DNA of 64,000 nt from Salisapilia sapeloensis CBS 127946 (taxonomy: Eukaryota; Protista; Oomycota). Shown piece by piece: positions 30,744-40,848 of the stretch. Location: NCBI GenBank assembly GCA_023334545.1, contig JAADVB010000047.1, forward strand, positions 29,476 through 93,475, read 5' to 3'. The position numbers were made by a program, and so were the translations under genes. The notes below the pieces were generated by a model. That model searched no databases. It was not told the DNA's origin and worked only from the letters and a program-made list of their open reading frames with translations. Numbering within the stretch: the first letter of the stretch is position 1; every line of letters begins with the position of its first letter.

Positions 30744-32194
30744 ATGGCGACCGTAGCAACGCAGGCCGCGGCACAGCGCGATGTCGATGAATTGCACCAA
30801 CGAGTTCGACATCGATCTGTGGCAGACCCAGGCAAATCTCTCTACTTTGGCAAATACGTGTCTCAAGAAGGATGTGAAAACCTGCTCACGTACGAGTACC
30901 ACGGCGCAGATCATTCCTACATCTATAAAAAGTTCCTGACGCCCATGAATAACTATCTGGTCGAATTGCTACCTCTATGGCTTGCACCCAATCTCGTATA
31001 CATTGCTTGGAAGAGTATGGAGATTGCAAGACTAAAGAGTGTCTGTGGCATAGATTACGCTTCTCGGACTACTCACCGTCGGAACGACGCATGTGCTTGT
31101 CTTTTTCTATTGCCCATTTCTCGAAGGCGACATTCCTCCATGGCTATGCACCCTATCAGCATTCGCACTCTTTGCCTACCAAGTACTTAATACCATCCCT
31201 AGCTCCTATCGTCACTAGCTCATCCATATACTAGACCCTGGACAACCTGGATGGCAAACAAGCTCGTCGGACAGGCACATCCTCTCCTCTCGGCCTTCTA
31301 TTTGACCACGGATGCGATGCTCTCAACGTCTCCGTCGGTCTTATCACCATGTCCTGCTTCATGCAGTTCGGGACCACGTGGAAGGCACTCGCCATGCTCC
31401 TCAGTGGCCACATCGTGTTCATTTTCGCTACATGGGAAGAGTACTACTGCGGCTCTTTGGAACTACCAGTCGTCAACGGTCCGACGGAAGGTGTGCTCAT
31501 CGGCATCGGTCTCAAGCTATTCACAGCCATCGCAGGCACGTCGTTCTGGACCTCGGAGACCATCCCAGGTGTCCAGAACAACACACTCTTCCTCTTCTCC
31601 ACTCTCTCCGGCACCATATGCACCATCATCGTCAAGTACTATCTTCCTCTTACTTGTAGTAAACTCGAGCTAAGACATGCATAGCGTTGTGAACGTCGTA
31701 CGCGCCGTGCGTCTACGCCACGATTCGATCGTCGTGGCTTGCACAAGACTAGCTCCCTTCCTCACTATCAACTCCATGGCAGCCGTCTGGGCACTCGTCT
31801 CTCCTTCAGACATCTTCACCATCTACCCTCGCCTCTTCCTCTGGATGCTTGGCTTCCTCAACAGCAAACTAGTGGTACGTCCTTCTACCTCCTACGAGTC
31901 ACTAATGTCACTCATGTAAGCTCCTAGCTCCATCTCATGCTCGCACACTTGTGCGGGGAAGAGTACCATCCGTTCCGAAAGACGCTCGTGCCTCTCTTTT
32001 ACGTCGCAGGCCATTGTGGCTTTAGTATGCTCCAAGGCATCTACGACGGCGTGAACGAGCTCTTGATCGTCCAAGAGTTTTTCTTCCTCTCTCTCGCTTC
32101 TTACATCCACATCGTCGTAACAGTCGTGTGGGAAGTGAAGACTGTCTTAGACATTCCTGTCTTCACTGTACCTCGGAAGCATAAACAAAAGTAA
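30744..32194 (+). CDS. CEPT1: Choline/ethanolaminephosphotransferase (CDP-alcohol phosphatidyltransferase), multi-exon
   Basis: LPLWLAPNL|ITLLG and the CDP-alcohol motif TLDNLDGKQARRTGTSSPLGLLFDHGCD, then TWEEYY...NGPTEG and LAHLC. It ends at TAA with no in-frame TGA. Confidence 0.92.
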
Positions 32195-32233
32195 AAAACA
32201 CACGAATCTACGCATCTCCCTCTCTTGTATTTC

Positions 32234-33337
32234 TTATATGACGTTGCCTGCTACCATGGATGCAAAGAGCCATGCACCAAGCCACTTGTTACTACCAAAC
32301 CTCTCCTGTAGATTCACTGGGTCATCTAGCTTGGCTGTGTTCACCTGCCACGCCAAGTGGCCAGCACTCGCGCCTAGACCGAGGTAGAATGGCCAGTCCA
32401 GACCAGCCATGTACCCGGCAGATCCGATGCCAAGCACCGTCGCGGCCGAGAAAGCGTTTAGAATCATCGGCGTCTTGTCGCCAAAGAGCAGCGCAGTGGA
32501 GCGCACGCCGATCTTCCGGTCGTCCTCCTTGTCCTGATGCGCATACAGCGTGTCGTACACGATCGTCCAGGCCATGCCACCGGCATATAGAGGTAGCACG
32601 GTTGCCCAGTCGATGGAGCCGTGGACGGCTGCCCACCCGAGGATTGCGCCGTAGTTGAACGTGAGACCGAGGAACGCCTGTGGCCAGTAAGTGAGTCGCT
32701 TCATGAGCGGGTACGTGGCGACGAGTGAGAGAGACGCAGCTCCTACGGCGATGCTGTAGTAGTTCAGCTGCAGTAATATGCCCAGACCAGCAGATAATTG
32801 AGCAGCGAGGAAGCCCCACGCCTGCTTGGACGTAAGCTTCTTCGCAGCCAATGGCCGCTGGTTGGTGCGTTCGACCTGCCGATCAAAGTCTCGGTCCCAC
32901 ATGTCGTTAATAGTGCACCCGGCACTACGCATGATGAAGGCTCCAGTGCCGAAGAGCGCGAGGAGCTTGAGATCCGGGAGCTGACCGACAGGTGCGGCCA
33001 GCGAGATGCTCCAGAAACATGGCCACAGGAGCATAAAGGTGCCTGCTGGACGATTGATACGAGCTAGCTGGATGTACGGGAGCAGCCAGTCAGGGCTATG
33101 ACGTTCTGCCCATGTGTGTTTTTCTAGCTTATAGACATCGTCCTGGAGGACGGATGGCTGCTTATGCTTGTCATGCTCGTGGGGTGACGAGCTAAAGGAC
33201 AGTGTTTGGCTCAGATTGACACATACCGATGGTCTATGACGTAGCAATGGTTGCGATCGAGATATGAAAGCCAAGGGCTGTAAGAATGCTCGTCGAGAAG
33301 ACGTGCGGATGGCCGCCGCAGCCGAGAGGAGTGCCAT
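32234..33337 (-). CDS. COQ2: 4-hydroxybenzoate polyprenyltransferase, mitochondrial
   Basis: Presequence, then PYIQLARINRP.GT.MLLWPCFWS, RSAGCTINDMWDRDFD.QVERT..RPLA, YPLMKR.TYWPQAFLG and YDTLYAHQDKEDD. Confidence 0.97.
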   Translation of the reverse strand: MALLSAAAAIRTSSRRAFLQPLAFISRSQPLLRHRPSVCVNLSQTLSFSSSPHEHDKHKQPSVLQDDVYKLEKHTWAERHSPDWLLPYIQLARINRPAGTFMLLWPCFWSISLAAPVGQLPDLKLLALFGTGAFIMRSAGCTINDMWDRDFDRQVERTNQRPLAAKKLTSKQAWGFLAAQLSAGLGILLQLNYYSIAVGAASLSLVATYPLMKRLTYWPQAFLGLTFNYGAILGWAAVHGSIDWATVLPLYAGGMAWTIVYDTLYAHQDKEDDRKIGVRSTALLFGDKTPMILNAFSAATVLGIGSAGYMAGLDWPFYLGLGASAGHLAWQVNTAKLDDPVNLQERFGSNKWLGAWLFASMVAGNVI

Positions 33338-33701
33338 CGATTATCGGGATGAGCTGATCGTGTCACATTATCCGTTCTGTATCCGGATGTTCCGACCTTT
33401 GAAGATCGCGATCTACTATGCAGGTACGATAAAGGAGTCTTCTATCTACGTTCAAGTTGGATGATAGATGTATGTGTTGATAGATAGAGATGTCATTCAT
33501 GTATGGTTATGACTAGGAACTATTCTTAGACAATATAGAAAAGATAGAGATAGAATGGAATGAGCCGTTGGACGATCTGGATGCAGGATGGAATAAGATG
33601 TAGGTTGAAGAGAGGTGTATATCGCCACTGGTGATTCTTTTCCTGGAAATCGAAAAGAAAAAAGATACGCAGTTATCGCTCTTTTAGAATTGACGGCGTC
33701 T

Positions 33702-33716
33702 TCATTCTTGTTTTGC
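33702..33716 (+). promoter_or_regulatory. Candidate oomycete INR(+FPR-like) core promoter
   Basis: TCATTCT matches the oomycete initiator YCAYTYY. It is followed by TGTTTTGC, an imperfect FPR (MWTTTNC), about 75 nt upstream of the ATG at 33781. Confidence 0.35.
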
Positions 33717-33780
33717 GTTGCAATCACAAGACCTCTTGTCCATCGCTCTTGCAACGTCGAAAGAAACAACGTCGACATCG

Positions 33781-34924
33781 ATGAAGAGTATTTTCGGCAT
33801 CAAGACATCGCCACCACACACATCGAGGCGGTCACCACCCGTGACACCACCGCCACTCGTTCTGTCGTCCATTTTTCCACCGAAAAACGATCTTGTTCCG
33901 CCCGACAGTGTCCACGATGCAGACACGACGGAGCCTTCCCATAGCTTCCTGCATCTCGATGCATCCGAAGTGTCAATTTATGACCACCACGATACGTCTA
34001 CTTCTCTCACACCTGCCATACCGTCACGGCAGCTACCACATCTGCATCCTTCACTACTAGTTGCGTCCATCGACATGTACGACGAGACCGCGAGTCCCCA
34101 CTTGAACAACTGTAAGTCTGCTACTCTAGCATAGACCAGCATTACACTGTCACTCATTACTATCCACAGTCCTACTTGATGACAGCTTCATGCCACCTCC
34201 ATCGAGCTACGTTTCTCCTTCTACAATAACACCGCATGCTCCTCTACCTTCATTCGTCTGCTCCACCGACTCTTCTACCTCTACTTTCCAGGACCCACTC
34301 CCGATCATATCACCGTCGACTTCCTACCCATATCTACCCGTGGCACCCGCAACGTCATTCCTAAAACATACGACTAGTACCTACTTTCCTACTGTCGACG
34401 CTAGATCCAACGTCGTGTCTCCGCTCGTGTCACCTGGTACTTCCACAGTCGACGCTGTCTCCATTCCTTCACAAGATGCTGCAATGCAGTCAACACCACA
34501 GCTCCAAAAGGCTCCGCAGTCAGCTCCAGAGCCTCGATATCGACGGAAGAAGATGTGTACCTACGAAGGATGTCCGAACCAAGCTCGGATGTTCCAGCGA
34601 TGCAAGAAGCACGGAGGCTTCAAGCGGTGTACGGTTCTAAATTGCTCCAACACCGTCCAAAGCCGAGGTTTATGCATTCGCCATGGTGGAGGCAGGCGAT
34701 GTCAGGTGTCTGGATGCGTCAACTCGGCCCAATCGAAAGGACGTTGCAAGCTGCACGGTGGTGGAAGGATGTGTCGAGTGGAAACCTGCGAGAAGAAGGC
34801 GCATTTGAATCGCCTGTGTCGCCAGCACGGTGGAGGCATTAAATGCAGCGTACGAGGCTGTGAGAAGTGGGCACAGAACCGTGGCATGTGTGTAAGTCAT
34901 GCCAAGGAAGCAACAACTAGCTAA
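33781..34924 (+). CDS. Putative transcription regulator with 5 C-x4-C-x7-9-C-x2-H-GG (WRKY19-like) zinc-finger repeats, 2 exons
   Basis: Ser/Pro/Thr-rich N-terminus, an intron GTAAGT...CCACAG (about 34111-34170), and five repeats such as CTVLNCSNTVQSRGLCIRHGGG. Confidence 0.85.
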
Positions 34925-35100
34925 GATTTTTAATCAATATATATAAAAAAATCGTGATGGAAAAAAAGTAAAAGTTAAAAAAACGATCGGCATTATACAT
35001 GGTTTTTGTATACGAGGCAATTCCGAGACGGGAGGCGCGAAAAGAGCATACAAAAAGCAAGTGAAAACGCTTTGAAAAGCACGCGAACTGGCATTCGGAG

Positions 35101-35253
35101 ATGATGGGGCAGAAGAAGAATACTGCCTATACGAAGCGCCATGACGCCGAGACGTTCCGCGTCGCAGAAGAGCTCATGATGCTGAGCTCCTCTTCGTCTC
35201 TATCTCACCGGTCGGGTATAAAGACCGGCGCATCGGCCACGAAGGTGGATTGA
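35101..35253 (+). CDS. Candidate 50-aa small ORF
   Basis: MMGQKKNTAYTKRHDAETFRVAEELMMLSSSSSLSHRSGIKTGASATKVD*. It is below the ORF-track cutoff and forms a GC-richer island in an AT-rich spacer. Confidence 0.35.
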   Translation: MMGQKKNTAYTKRHDAETFRVAEELMMLSSSSSLSHRSGIKTGASATKVD

Positions 35254-36261
35254 AATGACAGTTATTGCGTTTTGGAGGACGTGCTAAAGGATGCGTATGA
35301 ACATGTAGAATGCAAAGCACGCACATCGACCGTACAAGTCCATTGCCAAGTATGTGTGTATTGCGTCAGTCTTGTAGGAAACAACACTGATGACTACATG
35401 CATTTAGGAAGCATCGAAGCAGTGTCGACATGCCACCTCAGTCATCCAAAGTACATTTTTCAGCAAGAACACCTGTGGTACCTGCATACTAATTCGTATA
35501 GGCGGACTCGACACAGATCACATCATCCACGCCACACCGGTCACATCCAAAGCAAGCCTTTGAGGTATACATCTCGTCTCTCCTGGTCTACTTTCCATCC
35601 TAATACAGCCTAGATATCATTTAACTCTCGAGTCGAAGAAGACGTCTCGGTTTTACTACTAGAACATCGCACTCGCTGTCGCCACGTCCGTCGAAAGTAG
35701 CGTCTAGCACACACTCGATCGCCACATACGTTTACTCATATCTAACTAGATGGTCCATCTTCCAACGCAAGAGGGAATTCGACTACGCGCGGCAATGCGT
35801 CGTCCGAGGCATCTCCGTCCGTCGCCGTCTCGAGAACTTCCGTCGCGCCGCCACACCAGCTCCTCTCTAGCTGCCTTCATGTCTTTCCTCCGACGTGTGT
35901 CGCTTTCTTTTTAATTTTTTAAACTTGCTCTTTCTATGTCTGATTCAAAATGATATATTCCATCTTATTGCTATCGTCTCGTGTCTCGAGCTGGTCGATT
36001 CAAGTCGTAATGATACACCCACGTAGTAGCTTTTACACATGAATGAATACACGTACATGCCACGCATCTCACTTGTCTCTACGTATCCATAGAGAAAGAT
36101 GTACTACGTCTTCCATCGTCCACGTCCCATGCACCAAAATTTCTTGTCAATATTTGTCACATTCATAATCGTTTTCTACTGACCAGAACGAGGTCGATCG
36201 ATCGACCTACTTGGACCTAGCTATCTTAGTCACGATAGACCCACGATACGTCCACGCGTCC

Positions 36262-37446
36262 ATGCAGGCGCAGCCGACGCAAAGGCCTTACTCGATTGAA
36301 GAATCGAACCACCACTCGCTATCCGGGTGGGACGACTATCTCGGAACAGCGACCATCCCGCCACTCGCGATACCAGGTTCGACGCCGTGTGGAAGCTCCA
36401 TGGCGACACCGCCATCGTGGTACAATGCCTCGTCCCTCCGGTCGCCTTGGACAGCGTCCGACCCGAGTCCATCCACCGTCTCGAGCGGCGCACATGGATC
36501 TTACGCAGACGAAAGCGTCGGGACAAAGCGCTCGACGAGTGGAAGCACTAGTAAACAAAAGAAAGCACGTAGAAAGCACTCGTTATCTAGCTCCTTTGAC
36601 CTGCCGTCCGCTTTGGACGTGAACCCGTATGCGAACGGGAGCGCGGCGCCGGACGCGAGCGTGAATGAGATCAACAGCGACTGGCTCCAACCCAAGTCCA
36701 GCCAGAGCAATGGTCGGCACTTGCGTCGCGGGTCTTCAGGCAGGAGCCTCGACAATGCTCTCCGAAGTGCTGGGCTCTTTCCCAACGATCCGTTCGCGAC
36801 GGACGAAGGGCTGTACCAGATCTGGAACGGCGTCGACGCGTCTTCCGACCAGCCTCCGTCTAACATGTACAGCATGTCTCCGTCGGAAGACGGGTGGAAG
36901 GTTGAGTACCCTTCTCTTAGTGAGCTCGACGAGATCTACACGCCGCTCGAAGCGTCTCAACGCAAGAGCGAGGTCAAGACAGAACCAACGTCTCGACCTC
37001 CAGTCGAGAAGCGTCCTTCGACTCCCGTGTCGACACCAGCCCTCCCTTCTAAGAAACCCTCTCGCGTTCGTAGCAAACAGTGCATACATCCAGGCTGTCC
37101 GAACCGTGCGCGGAGCCATCAAAAGTGCAAGAAGCACGGCGGCGCACACCAATGCACGTTCGAAGGGTGCACGAAGAACAGTCAGAGCCGAGGCCTGTGC
37201 ATCGCCCATGGCGGAGGCTCTCGATGTCGCGTCGATGGCTGCAGCCGCGCGTCCCAGTCCAAAGGTCTGTGCAAAAGTCACGGCGGCGGCGAGTTCTGCC
37301 GCGTCGACGGCTGCAAGAAGAAGGCGCACCTCAAGCATCTCTGTCGCACCCACGGCGGCGGCGTCCGTTGCAAGCACTCGAGTTGCAACAAGTGGGCACA
37401 ACGCAAAGGTTGGTGCATGGCGCACGCGAAGGAGCAGCTCGCGTAA
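36262..37446 (+). CDS. Second WRKY19-like zinc-finger repeat protein (paralogue of 33781-34924)
   Basis: Five repeats, e.g. CTFEGCTKNSQSRGLCIAHGGG and CRVDGCSRASQSKGLCKSHGGG, after a Ser-rich region. ATG at 36262. Confidence 0.88.
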   Translation: MQAQPTQRPYSIEESNHHSLSGWDDYLGTATIPPLAIPGSTPCGSSMATPPSWYNASSLRSPWTASDPSPSTVSSGAHGSYADESVGTKRSTSGSTSKQKKARRKHSLSSSFDLPSALDVNPYANGSAAPDASVNEINSDWLQPKSSQSNGRHLRRGSSGRSLDNALRSAGLFPNDPFATDEGLYQIWNGVDASSDQPPSNMYSMSPSEDGWKVEYPSLSELDEIYTPLEASQRKSEVKTEPTSRPPVEKRPSTPVSTPALPSKKPSRVRSKQCIHPGCPNRARSHQKCKKHGGAHQCTFEGCTKNSQSRGLCIAHGGGSRCRVDGCSRASQSKGLCKSHGGGEFCRVDGCKKKAHLKHLCRTHGGGVRCKHSSCNKWAQRKGWCMAHAKEQLA

Positions 37447-37502
37447 CTTTATAAACATTAATATATATAAACTTTTATAATTTCCAACAATACATTTTTT
37501 AT

Positions 37503-39019
37503 TTACTCGTCTAAGAGACACTCGGGTGTCCACTCCGAGATGCTCGCATCAAAGAGATTATAGAGCTCCGACCATGGCAGTTCTTCACTCGCCACGACAC
37601 GACGTGGCTGCATGTCCGTAAAGAGCGAGTGGCTCTCCAACTCACTCTCAGACGCTAGCAAGTCCGGTATGTCCGGTGGAACGTACTGCTGCACAGCATT
37701 CTGCATCTCGTCCGACCCGAGCACTGGCTTCGGAGGATCCACAGGGACTTGCTCGAGCTTCACGACAGGCTCCTCGACCTTTGTGCGCTTCACGGGAGGC
37801 TCATCATCCTCGACTTTGACTGCTCGACGACTCGAGTAGATGCTAAACCGATCCGAACGTAGGCGCTCGAGGACATAGAGGTAGGAGCCCATGGGCTTCA
37901 TGAAAAAGACTTCCAAGACGTGCTGCGCGTCACTCCCGCTCATGCCTTGTCCGCGAGGAGCTGCCCAGCCGTAGTGCCACGCCTTGCACTCGGCGTTGAA
38001 CTCGAAGATGGCGGATTGGGAGGACGACTCCATGGCAGCACCGCGCAAGATACCTTCGTACAAAGGGTTCATCGGGTGCTCCTTACTCCGTACGCACGAG
38101 ACGACGTCGAGTCGATCGATCGTCTGGCCTGGGAATAAGTCCGGGCCGGAGATCGTCGGATCGAACGCGCCTTGGACGTTGACGAAGCGAGCGAAGGCGA
38201 CGACGGCAGGGCGAATCGTCTGGATTGGACAGATCTTGACGCCGCCAGACTCGGTGATCCGACTGATGCCGACGTGGACGCGGACCGAGTCGCCACAGAA
38301 GCCGGACGCAACGTGTCGGCCGTTTCGACAGCAAGGAAAGCAACGGAGGTTCTTCTGACCTCCTTTTTTATTATTACGCTGGTATCGCGGTTGGAAGAGA
38401 CGAAAGGTCTTGGTCGGCGCCACGAAGGACGCGCGGACGTTGAGGCCGTGCGGGTTCTCGCAACTGTCGTTACAGCACGGACCAGGGACGTTCTGGAAGA
38501 CCGGGTTCACGTCGTCATGCTCGACGTCATCGCCACGCATCGGACGAGTATTCCCGTCTGCCTCGACCCACGTGCCAAAGCCCGACTCGATCTGGTACGT
38601 CGGTGGCTCCTCTAGCAGCGAATCTCGAGCCGCGAGGAGCTTATAGAAGTCCGTACTCTCGTCATCGCCAGTGACAGGATAGATCTGTCGAACGGCACGG
38701 AGACTAGAGTACTTGACGATCGACGTGTACGTGTTTTCGCCCGGAGGAGGCTTCACGACGCAAGTCGAGACGTGGCCTTCCGTGTGCGTGTTCTTGAGGA
38801 TGAGACGCAAGAGACGCTCGAATTCGGTCGTGTGACGTCGAGTGACTTTCATACGCGTCACCATGACAGCCTAGGGGCATATTCGTATGAACAAGAGGTG
38901 GACGAATGGCGAGTAGAAACTAGTACCTCATCATGTTCATTCAAGTTGGTGGTCGAGAGCAATTCCCGCAGGACTCGGTACGACGAACTGCCGCGAGTGC
39001 TCTTGTCGTCCTCTGTCAT
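37503..39019 (-). CDS. Uncharacterised putative DNA-binding protein (2 exons)
   Basis: Exon 1 MTEDDKS...EHDE|GTACTA...CCCTAG|AVMVTR joins in frame to ORF 37503-38864. Motifs YQRNNKKGGQKNLRCFPCC, GFCG, WHYGW and FSIYSSRR, then an NLS-like PPVKRTK and an acidic tail. Confidence 0.75.
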
Positions 39020-39493
39020 CACTAATTCTACCAGGTGCAAGTACACGCGCGTGCCGAGGCGAGGAATACTGCTCGCTTGAGGGCTGATTAAGTCGTGTCC
39101 AGAATTATGACTAATTCCAGTAAGCATACAGAGTCTAGTCGTGGGAACACAGAATGCCACTTTACGGATGATAAACGTACTGAACTGGTACTTGTCCCGA
39201 CCTCTACTTCAGTTCATCTGATGCAAGTGCTTGGAGGAAAGAGATAGATGATAGTAGGATCTAGACTAGTCTGATATCGCGCTAGAATTAGATATAGATG
39301 TACTCGTGGTGAATAACATGCATTCCGGACGTGACGACATGACACCTTGGTGATGACATGAAGGCGGTCAGATGCCGATAATCAATACCCGTCTACTATC
39401 GAGAGTCTATCAGAAGAGAGATGATAAAAGTAATAGAATAAGCTTCAATTGGTTCCATTCAATTGCCTTAGATACTTGCTACGTTTATGAAAC

Positions 39494-40060
39494 TTATGTC
39501 GAGCTACTTGCAGATGCAAAGCCCACGACGATGTTCGGGGCAGCACAGTGGAGCAGCGCCGGTGGACACGTCGTCGGACTGGACTCCCGCAGCGAGAGGA
39601 GGTACGGGATCGAGTACCACAGCCGACTCTCTGTCGCGTAGTACTCGTCATAACACTGCTTGCAATACAGACACCCGTCCTCCTCGTCCACCACGAGCTC
39701 CCTATCCACTTGCCTACAAGTCGTGCATTTATCTACTGCCTTTAAAGCTTCTACACGACGTTCTACTAGCGTTACACTATCCTCCAAGACTCTGTACTTG
39801 GATAAAGCGTTCCGGAGATGACACTTGTCGATCAAGGCGAGTGCGTACTCGAAATACAGGATCGCCGTGTCTATCTCTTGCTGCGTCGCGTACGCCTCCG
39901 CGACATTGCGTGACAAAACAAAGGCAACCGCATAGTCCTGAATGCTGTAGGCCTCCTTTAGACCTTCCATCCACTTGGTCAGCGCATCTTGTGTCCTGCC
40001 AGCAGTCCACGCCGCCCTGCCGGCCACCAAGTCGCTCTCGGTATACTTTGTTTCAGTCAT
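39494..40060 (-). CDS. Small TPR-like + CxxC...CxxC zinc-finger protein
   Basis: TPR-like helices (GRAAWTAGRTQDALTKW; NVAEAYATQQEIDTAILYFEYALAL) and CTTC...YCKQCY. The C-terminal frame is uncertain: an alternative frame VVLDPVPPLAAGVQSDD looks more coding-like. Confidence 0.7.
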   Translation of the reverse strand: MTETKYTESDLVAGRAAWTAGRTQDALTKWMEGLKEAYSIQDYAVAFVLSRNVAEAYATQQEIDTAILYFEYALALIDKCHLRNALSKYRVLEDSVTLVERRVEALKAVDKCTTCRQVDRELVVDEEDGCLYCKQCYDEYYATESRLWYSIPYLLSLRESSPTTCPPALLHCAAPNIVVGFASASSST

Positions 40061-40068
40061 TTGGGAAA

Positions 40069-40600
40069 ATGAACGTCTGGACGGCAGCTAGCGACGGCAG
40101 CATCGACAAGGTCAAGAGCTACCTCGACGATGGCACCGATGTCAATGCACAAGATCCATACGGCTACACGCCATTGTACGACAAGAACGAAAGACATGGA
40201 CCAATGTTTTTACTAATAGCATGACTAGGCAGGCAGCCGTGAGCTACGACCATGCCGACCTCGTCACATTCTTAATCGAGCGTGGTGCAGATGTGAAACT
40301 AGGCGACCATGACATGGACACGCCATTGCACCGATGTGAAAGCGTCGCGTGTGCAAAGATCTTACTAGAGCACGGCGCAGAGCTCAACGCTCGCAATGCC
40401 GACGGTCAAACGGTACCGATTGTATGCATTTAGCTATTTTTCATACGTGACTAAACTATTCCTAGCCGTATGACGTTGCGATTGAAGACGAACATGTTGA
40501 TCTCATCGGTATGTTCGAGTCCATGGGTGCAGAAAAGTCCGACCGGATCCCGGAAGAAGATGAGGAAATGCCAGGAGATACAGACATGCCAGAAGAATAA
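40069..40600 (+). CDS. Ankyrin-repeat protein (yeast YCR051W-like), 3 exons
   Basis: MNVWTAASDG...DVNAQDPYGYTPL|QAAVSY...GDHDMDTPLHRCESVACAKILLEHGA...RNADGQT|PYDVA. Two GTAC...TAG introns and an acidic tail. Confidence 0.9.
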
Positions 40601-40848
40601 AGCAATTATGGATGTAATTCGCTCAGAAAAGCAAGTTATTATCGACACAGAAGATTCTGTTTCATTATATCAGTATTTTTATGCAAACATCATGGCGAAG
40701 TTCAAGCTAAAGGCAACTCAAAGTGCAAGCTAACGGCAACTCGAAGCAAAACGTAACAGCAAGCAAAAGGAAAAATGATTTGGAAAGAAAAAAGCGCGGG
40801 AAATCTCGACCAGTCATTTTCAGCCAATCCAATAGCGCTGTAAACATA

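Noticed and set aside
30744-32194. Possible selenoprotein I (SELENOI), since the gene is a CDP-alcohol phosphotransferase
   Set aside because: It ends in …RKHKQK-TAA with no in-frame TGA in the spliced frame.
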